Positions 55,194-64,000 of a stretch of 64,000 bases of DNA are shown here, piece by piece. Position 1 is the first letter of the stretch; each line of letters starts with the position of its first letter. The notes under the pieces were generated by a model that was not told where the DNA came from, made no database searches, and worked only from the letters and a program-made list of their open reading frames with translations. This stretch comes from Candidatus Krumholzibacteriota bacterium (lineage in GTDB: Bacteria > Krumholzibacteriota > Krumholzibacteriia > JAJRXK01). The stretch lies in contig CAVSGG010000004.1 of the NCBI GenBank assembly GCA_963727455.1, positions 24,532 to 88,531 of the forward strand. The letters are read 5' to 3'. The position numbers and the translations under genes are program-made.

Positions 55194-56486
55194 ATGCTTG
55201 CACTTCGTACGCCTTTTCCCTCGCTGAGAAGAGGCTCGCTCTTCGTTCTCATCAGCTCTCTCGTCCTGCTGTGTGCTTCGGGGGCGTTCGGGGCAGAGTG
55301 GCACGGAACGGAAACCAAAGACGCCGACGGAGTCGTTCACGTGGTATCACCCGCCGAGCCCAGTAACGGGAGCGCGACAGTTCAGCTCGACGAGCTGTGG
55401 CGCATTGGTGGCGACACCGACGACGAGGATCAGATCTTCGGCCTCATCTCCAAGGTTCTTAGCGGTCCCAAGGGCAATCTCTACGCCCTGGATTCCCAGC
55501 TCTCGGAGATCAAAGTCTTCAGCCCGGAGGGAGAATATCTGCGCACCATCGGGCGTGAAGGGGAGGGCCCTGGCGAATTCCGCGGCGCACAGGACATGTT
55601 CTTTTTGCCCAACGGGAACATCGCGGTTCTCCAAGTCTTTCCCGGACGTTTGGTCGTGCTCAAGCCCGACGGAGAACCCGCCGATGATCACTCGCTTCCC
55701 AGCGCGGACGAAGGCGGCTTCGTCCTGCTCTATCGTGGCGGCGGAACGGTCGGCGACAATCTCGTTCTCTCCATCGGGATCAACCATTTTGCCGAAGGCG
55801 TCTTCGACCAGAAGCGCGAGATCGTGGCAATCGATGACGCGGGGACGATCCAGAAGACCCTTCATTCGGAAAAGCGTTCACTCACCATGAGCACTCCCAT
55901 TTTCAACGAGAGTGAGTGGACTTCCTTCGACAGGGTATGGACCGTGGGCATGAATGGATTGGCCTACATTCCCACCGAATGGAACAAGTACCAGATCAAA
56001 GTCTGTGACGGCAGCGGAGCGGTTCGCTATATCGAACGCGCCTATGAGCCGCGCAAGCGGACCAGCGAGGAGAAGGATCGTTGGCAGAAGATCTACGACG
56101 AGTTCACCAAGAGGCAGGTGCCCGGCTCCAGCTGGAAGCTCGAGGAGAACGACCAGGACATCGGTCAGATCTTCCCCCGCAAAGATGGTAGCCTCTGGGT
56201 TCTTTCCAGTCGCGGCCGGCTGGATGCCCCCGAGGGGTCCATCGGCGTCTTCGATGTCTTTGACGCCAAGGGGCACTATGTGCGGCAGGTAACCCTGAAT
56301 GGTGAAGGTAATCCCATGACGGACGGCTACTTCTTCTCGGGGAATCGCCTCTTCGTGGTCACGGATTTTCTGTCCGCGGCCATGGCCGCCAATGGCGGCA
56401 GCGCCGATGTCCTCGAAGACGAGAATCCCGAGCCGATGGCAGTGATCTGCTACAAGCTCGAGGGCAACGAACTGGGCATGAAGTAG
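55194..56486 (+). CDS. Secreted 6-bladed beta-propeller protein, paralogue 2
   Basis: Signal peptide; YLRTIGREGEGPGEF; colinear with paralogue 1. Confidence 0.85.
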   Translation: MLALRTPFPSLRRGSLFVLISSLVLLCASGAFGAEWHGTETKDADGVVHVVSPAEPSNGSATVQLDELWRIGGDTDDEDQIFGLISKVLSGPKGNLYALDSQLSEIKVFSPEGEYLRTIGREGEGPGEFRGAQDMFFLPNGNIAVLQVFPGRLVVLKPDGEPADDHSLPSADEGGFVLLYRGGGTVGDNLVLSIGINHFAEGVFDQKREIVAIDDAGTIQKTLHSEKRSLTMSTPIFNESEWTSFDRVWTVGMNGLAYIPTEWNKYQIKVCDGSGAVRYIERAYEPRKRTSEEKDRWQKIYDEFTKRQVPGSSWKLEENDQDIGQIFPRKDGSLWVLSSRGRLDAPEGSIGVFDVFDAKGHYVRQVTLNGEGNPMTDGYFFSGNRLFVVTDFLSAAMAANGGSADVLEDENPEPMAVICYKLEGNELGMK

Positions 56487-56588
56487 AGTTCCGTAGAGTG
56501 CAAACCCCACGGTGGAAGGATTACGGCAGCGTGGTCCTTCCCCCGCATCTCTCCGCCAGCCGACCATCACTTTAGGAGTTTTTGCCAG

Positions 56589-57937
56589 ATGGCCTCTGAA
56601 AACCCCACTCAGCGAGGCATGCTTTTCGGCGCCCTCTTGCTCTCGCTCTTGCTCTCGATTGCGACCTTCAGCGCCTGTTCGAAACACCCTGCAAAGGACG
56701 AGGGGAAGGACGCCTCCAAAGATGGACAGGGCGCGGAAGTCAGTTCCGATGCGGGCGATTCGTCGGGCACGAATGCCCACGACGATTCCGAGGACGAAGA
56801 GAAGCCGGAAAAAGCGGTCTCGGTGAACGTATGTGACGCATTCCGGGGCGAGCTGGTGGTTCCCATCGTGGCCGAAGGAACCATTCGCGCCCGGCACACC
56901 GCGGAGCTGCGTTTCGAGCTGTCGGGGAAGATCAATCGGATCCTGGTGGAAGAGGGACAGACCGTCCGCAAGGGGCAACTCCTGGCGGAGCTCGATGGCC
57001 GCGAGTATTCGATTCGCATCGAAGAGGCGCACAGCCGCTACCTGCAGGCTCTGGGCAAGGTCGCGGTCGAGGAGAACGGCGCTTCGCTGCCCAACGACTC
57101 CGAGAAAGACGACGAGTTCCATCAGGAGCTGCGCAAGCTCGCGCAGATGGAGGCCAAGGGCGAGATCACGCGCGGAGAACGTCTCGACCGGGAGATCGAA
57201 CTCGGAATGAAAGCGGTGGGGCAGGGTGGATTTCGCCGCGAGCTGGTGGAGGCGCGCAGTGGAATGGTCCAGGCGCGCGCCGATGAAGAACAGGCGCGGC
57301 TGAATCTGGAGAAAACCCAGGTGCGCGCACCATTCTCCGGTGTCATCACCGGACTGACCCTCGCGCGGGGCGAGTGGGTGAACGCCAATCAGACCTTCGC
57401 CTCCCTGGTCGACAACATCGACATCGAAGCCGCGGTGGGAGTGCTGGAAAGCGACCTCAAGGACCTGGAAACCGGCCGCCCCGTGCTCCTGGCGGTTCCG
57501 GCGCTGCAGGATACCATCCCCGTACACGTGGACGTGATCAGCCCTCGCATCGACCCCGAAAGCCGTACTTGCGAGGTATTGATGCGGCTACACAGCGAGG
57601 ACGGCCGAGTGCGTCCGGGAATGTTCGTTCGCGCATTCATCGCGGGCGAGATCTTGAACGATCGCCTCCTCGTGCCGCGCGCCGCCATTCTCACGCGGGA
57701 CGGACGACCTCTGCTCTTCAAAGTCGTCGATGGCCGCTCCAAGTGGGTCTACGTCAGGCTGGGGGCCAGCAACGATCGTTCGTGGAAATCGATCGGGTAT
57801 TGCAGGGCGGACCCCTGGATCCGGGGACCCCCGTCGTCATCTCCAATCATCTCACGCTCGCCCACGACGCGAAGATCAAGGTGAAGAAGAAGATCGCACC
57901 GCCCGACGCCTGGGCATCCTTCGATCGGGTGAAGTGA
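56589..57937 (+). CDS. RND periplasmic adaptor (MFP) lipoprotein; frameshift near 57780
   Basis: Lipobox FSAC; VEEGQTVRKGQLL; APFSG; LLVPRAAI; the C-terminus (FVEIDRV...LAHDAKIK) continues in another frame. Confidence 0.85.
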
Positions 57938-60900
57938 TGCTGAAGGGAGCGATCCAAAGACCCATCGCGGTCAGCATGCTCTTTCTCGCCCTCATGTTGT
58001 TGGGCCTGATTTCCTACAAACGTCTTCCGGTGGACCTGCTTCCCTCGATCGTCTATCCACGCCTAACCGTCATAACCACCTATACCGACATCCCCGCGGA
58101 AGATCTGGAGCGTCTGGTGACCCGTCCCCTGGAGGAAGTGATCACCGCGTTGGCCGGGGTTCGGGGCGTGACTTCACGCACGCGCGAAGGAATCTCTGCG
58201 ATCACGGTGGAGTACGAGTGGGGCACGGAGATGGACTTCGCGAATCTCCATCTGCGCGAGGCGGTCGATCGTGTCGCATTCCGGGACGACTTTCCCGAAG
58301 GCGCGGATCGGCCCTCGATCTGCGCTGGGATCCCACAGCACGTCCCATTTCCAATCTGGTCCTGCGAGCGGACGGACGGCGACTGCAAAATCTGACCGAC
58401 TTCGCCGAGGAAGTGGTCAAACCGGCTCTGGAACAGGTCGACGGAGTGAGCCAGGCCGAGGTGATCGGGGGGGCGACGAGAGAAATTCTCGTGCAGCCGG
58501 ATCCAAGAAAGCTCGCGGTCTACGGCATCAAGATCGAGGACATTCGCAATGCCTTGGCGCGCTCGAACGTGTCCTTTCCCGGAGGTCGAATTCGCCAGGG
58601 CCCTCTGCAGCTCTCATTGAGAATCGCGGGCGAGTACGAGAATCTGGATGAGATCGCGGCCACGGATATCACGCAGTCCGGCAGTGCGACCATCCGCATC
58701 GGCGACGTGGCGAAGGTGCTCGACACCACGAAGGAGCCCGAGGGCGCCGCGTTGTCGGGCAACGAGCAGGTGGTGGCGCTCCTCATCTACAAGGAGCCGG
58801 CCGCGAACACCATCCAGGTATCCAAGGAAGTGGACGAGAGCCTGGCCAACCTGCGCGGGGAGTACGGAGACTTCAAGTCCGAGTTCATCTACCGCGATGC
58901 CGACTACGTGAAGGAGAGCTTCCGTGGCTTGAGGAATTCGCTCTTGGCTGGCGCCATCTTGGCCTTTCTGGTGCTCTTCTTCTTCTTGCGCGACTTCCGC
59001 AGTCCGGTGGTGGTGGGAATCTCCATCCCCGTGTCCATCATCATCACCTTCGGCTTTCTCTACTTCAGCAAAGTAAACCTCAACCTCATGAGCTTGGGTG
59101 GTCTCTCCCTCGCCGCGGGGATGTTGGTGGACAACGCCATCGTCGTGCTGGAGAACATCAACCGGCATTTGAGGGAGAGACGGGGCGAAGGCGGCGCGGA
59201 GGCGAAGCCGCAGAGCATACCCGCCGCGCGCTACGACGCGCAAAGGCGCATGGTGGCCAATTGTTCGGCCAGCGGTACGACGGAGATGACGCGGCCGGTC
59301 ATCGCGAGCACTCTCACCACCATCGCGGTGTTCTTCCCCGTGGTCTACGTGCCGGGGATCGCCGGGGCTTTCTTCCGTGACCAGGCGCTCACGGTCACTC
59401 TCTCGCTCATGGTTTCGGTTCTGGCCGCGCTGCTTCTGCAACCCGTTTTGGCCTCGAGGGTTTTGCGCGTCGCCACGCAGCCCAAGGGAATGTTTCGCGC
59501 CTTCGAGAACTCCTTCAACGCATTCCACGACATCTACCACCGCGCGCTCGAGGGAGCCCTGAGGCATCGTGGCTGGATGATTGTCGCGCTCCTTCTGTTC
59601 TTGGGCGGCTCGCTCCTGTACGGGGCCAATCTTCCGCGCACCTTCATGCCGAAGAGAAGCAGCGGGGACATGCGTCTTGACCTGGAGCTCCCCGCGGGGA
59701 CTCCTCTACGCGAGACGGTGTCGATGACGGGCGATCTGGCTTCCTGGATCGAGAAGGACGAGGCGGTGAAGATCGTCTTTTCGCAGGTGGGAAGTACCGA
59801 GCATACCCTCAGTTCCCTGCAGGATTACACCGCGCCCAACACCGCGCGCCTGCGCATTCTGCTCAAGCCTTCGCGTGATTCGCAGCGCGAAGGACAACGC
59901 CTGGAGAACGAGATCAGCGCACATCTGAACTCCTACGACGGCGTGAACTTCGTTTTTCGGGAAGAGGGAATCGGTCTGGAAGAGGTGCTGTCAGCGGGCG
60001 GCGGCGGCTTCCAGATGGGCGTCGTGTCGGAGGACGCCTCCCTCGCGGTCGATACCGCCAACGAGCTGGCGAAGGAGCTGAAGGCGGTCAAGGGACTCAA
60101 GGACATACAAGTCGATCGAGTCTTGGGGAACCCCAACATCGTGGTGCGCTTGGACCGCGAAGCCATCCTCCGAAGCGGTCTCGACCCGCAGATGATCGCC
60201 ACCGAACTGAAGAACCGGATCGCAGGCACCGAAGCCACGACTTTCAACGAGGTGGAGCAGCGGATCGACATCGCGGTTCGTTTCGACGAAAACACCCGCA
60301 AGGACCTTGATCAGGTGCTGCGAGACGCAATCCAGGTCGGCAACGGCAAGAGCGTGGCCCTCGCCTCGTTCTTGAGCATCAAGGAGGAGCGTCCGGTCCG
60401 GGAACTCGTGCGCAAGAATCAAAACCGCATGGTCACGGTCAGCGCCGATGTCGAGGGCCGCTCCCTGGACGATGTTTGGGACGAAGCGAATGCGATCGGC
60501 CAGAAATTGGTGGAAGGAAAGACGGTCAGACTCATCCAGAGCGGGGAACGGAGCGACCGTAACAAGTCGTTTCGCGACCTGGGCTGGGCCATGCTGCTAG
60601 CCGTGGTCCTGGTGTACATGATTCTGGCCGCGCAGTTCGAAAGCTTCTTGGATCCGCTTCTCATCGCGGCCATTCTGCCCATCGGTTTGGCCGGGGCCTT
60701 TTTGGCGATCGGAATTTCCGGCAACAGCCTCAACATGCTTTCGATCATCGGGGTGGTGGCGCTGATCGGAATTGCGGTGAACGATGCAATCGTGAAAGTC
60801 GACACCATTCAGCGCCTCCGGGAAGAGGGGATGGACGGCTACGAGGCGATCATGAGGGCAAGTTCGCTGCGCCTGCGTCCGATCATCATGACCAGCGTCA

Positions 60901-61073
60901 CCACGGTACTCGGAATGCTCCCCATGGCCATCGGCCTGGGAAGCGGCGAACAACTGCAGCGTCCTCTCGCGGTAACGATCATCGGCGGGCTCACCCTGAC
61001 CACCGCGCTCACGCTCTTTTACACCCCGATTTTGTACCAGATGGCGCACCACATCAGGGCGCAGAAGCGCTGA
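57937..61073 (+). CDS. RND permease 1 (AcrB/MdtB-like); frameshift near 58320
   Basis: RPIAVSM, GMLVDNAIVVLENI, RLRPIIMTS; the N-terminus lies in a different frame from the rest. Confidence 0.88.
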
Positions 61074-61097
61074 GTTTCGCACGAACGAGAGGCTGCT

Positions 61098-64000
61098 TTG
61101 ACCCGCTTCTTCGTACGTCACCCCGTTACCACCTGGATGCTGTTTACGGCATTCGTGGTCATGGGCATCTATTCGCTTCCCAAGTTGAAGGTGGAAGCGA
61201 TGCCCGAGGTGGCTTTGCCCAGCCTCACCGTGAGCACGAGCTGGAACGGAGCCTCCCCCAAGTCGATTCAGAGATCGATCACCCTGCCCATCGAGGAGGC
61301 GGTACGTAAGGTCAAGGGAGTCGAGAAGGTCGAGTCGACCTCGAGAATGGGCCAATCCACCGTGAAAGTGGAGTTCTCCCGCAACCGCGAACTCGACTTC
61401 GCCCGCCTGGACTTGAACGAACAGCTCGGATCGGTGAGGCGCAATCTGCCGCTGACCGCCACCCAACCGCAGATCGTGGCCTTCGTTCCCGAAGAAGTGC
61501 AGACCAAGGAGTTCTTCGTCTTCAGTCTGCAGTCGACACTCAGCGCGAACGAGCTACGGGAACGGGCCGAGACCTGGATTCTTCCCCAGGTATTGGCCGT
61601 CGATGGCGTGGCCGACGCGCAGGTGCGCGGAGGGGCGCGCAAGCTGCTGCGGATCACTCTCGACCGTACCAAACTGAACCTCTACGGAATCACGGCCGAT
61701 GAGGTCTTTCGGGCGGTCTCTCAGCTGGACGATCTCTCCGGAGCGGGAACTATCGCCCAGTATGGTCTGGAGAAGTTGGTATCCCTGCGCGATCCGGTGA
61801 CCATCGCGAAACTTCCTTCGGCGGTGGTGGCTCGCCGGGGCGGCCGCGAGTACACCCTGGGAATGCTGGGCAAGGTCACCCCGTCCTTCGAGGACCCCAC
61901 CATTTTGGTGCGGACGAACGGCAAGAACGTGGTCGACGTGGTCGTGGAGAAACGCAGCGGGGCCAACACCGTCACCGTCAGCCGTAATCTCAAAAAGCAG
62001 CTTCCCGTCATCAAGTCGCGCGTGCCCTTCCCGGTAGACTATGAAGTCCAGACCGACCAGGGAAAAGAGCTGCAGGACAAGCTGGAAGATCTGGTGGTGC
62101 GCAGCATCATCATTCTGGTGGTGCTCTTTCTGCTCCTGGCGCTCAGCCTGAAGCAGATCCGCCTGACCGCCATCGTGATCGGCAGCATTCTCTTTTCCAT
62201 CGTCATCTGTCTGAGCCTCTTCTACTTCTTCCACATTTCGGTGAATTTCATCACCATCAGCGGCCTCACCATCTGTTTCGGACTCCTGTTGGACAATCGC
62301 ATTTTGGTGCTGGATTCCATTCACCGGCGACTGGAGGGCCTGGAACGCGCCACCGCGGCTGGCTCTCAGCCGGAAGGCGAAGCTGGAGATCGCAGCCCGC
62401 AACATCGTTGCCGGCACGCAGGAAGTGCTGTTTCCCGTGATGGCGACGACGCTCACCACCATGGTGGCATTCCTCTCGTTCATTTTTCTCTCCGGCCGCC
62501 TCGCTCTGTTCTACGTGCCCCTGGCGATCGCGGTCGCGATGGCCATGGGGGCCTCGCTCTTCGTGGCGTTCGGCTGGATCCCCATGGTGCTCAACCAGGG
62601 TTGGATCCGCTCGGTGGTGAAGAAGTCTCCCGAGGGTACGCGCGAGTGCGACGATGACGCGGAGCTGGACACCTTCGTGGAAGAGACCCCGGATCTGAGC
62701 GGAAAGCACGGCTTCTTCGAGACGATCGTGGAGTGGAACCAGCGCCTGTGGTGGATCATCGTCCCGCTGCTGGGGCTCCTGTTCTTCTACAGCTGGGGTA
62801 TCTACGACAAGAAGGTGGACAAGGCCGGGTTCTTTCGCTTCCCAGACCCTCAGCAGATCCTGCTGTTCTTGCGCCTGCCGGCCGGGACGGAAATCGAAAC
62901 CACCTCGGACATTCTGCAGAAATTCGAAGATGCCATCATGCCGGTGGCCGACGGGGTGCACGCGCGGGCGCGCTGCTTCGGAAGCATCGCATCATCGAGA
63001 TCGACTTCGACGACGAGGTGGTGAAGACAGAGATTCCCCTGCGCTATCGAGCGGAGCTGGTGGCGGTGGCGGACCAGACCGCGGGGGCAACCGTCTTCAT
63101 TCGTGGTTTCGCGGACACGCCCTACATCCGTGGAAACATCAGCGGATCGTCGGGCAACAGCCTCATCAAGATCACCGGCTACAACTCCTACAAACTGGAT
63201 CAAATCGCCAACGACGCGCTCAAAGTCATCGAGAAACAGCGCCGCGTGCGAAACGCCCGCATTTCAACATCTTCCAGTTCCGGGCCACACCTCCCGAGGA
63301 GACGGTGATCACTCTCGACCGTGAACGACTCGCGAGCTACGAGTTGAGCGTCACGGGTTTGGTGGCGAGTCTGCGCCGGCTCATCGGAGTGGACATCCCC
63401 TGGTCGATGATGTTCGAGGGGAAGCAGGAGAGAGTCCTCCTGAGCTTCGACGACTCCGAGACGATGGACTACGAGACTCTCTCGCAAATCCTGATTCAAA
63501 CTCCCAGCGGAGAGAAGGTGCGTCTGGGTGATCTCATCAGCATCCAGAAGGAGGACATTCCCGGAGACATCACGCGGGAGAATCAGCGCTACAGCGCCTT
63601 CGTCAACTGGGAGTACATCGGTACCGATCGCATGCGGCAGGCCTACATCAAGAAGGTGCTCGCGGGTCTGGACCTTCCCTACGGTTACGAGGCGGAGGAA
63701 AGTGAGCGGACTTTCTTCACCCAGGAGGAGGAGGAGGAACTCACCCTCACTCTGATTTTGGCCGCCGCTTTCATCTTCATGGTGATGGCCGCGCTCTTCG
63801 AGAGCGTCGCGCTTCCGTTCCTGGTGGCCTTCTCCATTCCCATGGGTCTGGTGGGGGTCGTACTCACCTATTGGAAGAGCAACACTCCCTTCGATTCCTC
63901 GGCCAGGATCGGACTGGTGCTCCTCTTCGGCATCGTGGTCAACAACGCCATTCTCCTGGTCAGCCGCTTTCGCCACGAGAGTAGCCTCATTCTCAAGGCC
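61098..64000 (+). CDS. RND permease 2; three frameshifts; runs off the window
   Basis: HPVTTWM, DN motif in TM4, ATTLTT, LFES..LPF, GIVVNNAILL; pieces fall in three frames. Confidence 0.82.

Noticed and set aside
161-63976. Many long antisense or alternate-frame ORFs (e.g. 5286-6641, 8617-9867, 14736-15893, 27519-28787, 37010-38326, 55878-57527)
   Set aside because: They shadow well-supported genes, are Arg/Pro/Ala-rich with no motifs, and are expected in high-GC DNA
1-64000. CRISPR arrays, tRNA/rRNA, IS elements, prophage, defence systems
   Set aside because: No regularly spaced repeats, cloverleafs, transposase/integrase or nuclease motifs seen by eye

Overview
GC-rich, gene-dense bacterial chromosome segment with about 47 CDS. 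I found no tRNA, rRNA, CRISPR array, prophage or transposase. A secreted protein ends in the tail 'VVPTSSTSWGTLKAHWK', which suggests an FCB-group candidate lineage such as Krumholzibacteriota, Latescibacterota or Eisenbacteria (inference). Main blocks in order: phzF-rlmL-DEAD helicase; divergent dps/oxyR with an OxyR box; pepF-yitJ-radical SAM; proline dehydrogenase and trmB-arsC; an intact class I anaerobic benzoyl-CoA operon (had-oah-dch-bcrCBAD-SDR) with a clear promoter and a palindromic operator; FTCD; SDRs; a PAS hybrid kinase; glpQ-glpD; an AAA ATPase and ABC-F; a glycogen operon whose glycoside hydrolase-family enzymes are all GH57 (glgC, three GH57s, a GlgA-DUF4912 fusion, glgP); hflX; an MFS permease; and two beta-propeller paralogues ahead of an MFP and two RND permeases that carry clustered frameshifts. 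The most novel signals are two promoter-bounded, strand-specifically structured intergenic RNA candidates (about 14740-14942 on + and 35590-35876 on -). Neither matches an RNA family I recognise, and they share short colinear motifs. All structures were paired by eye and need computational and experimental confirmation.
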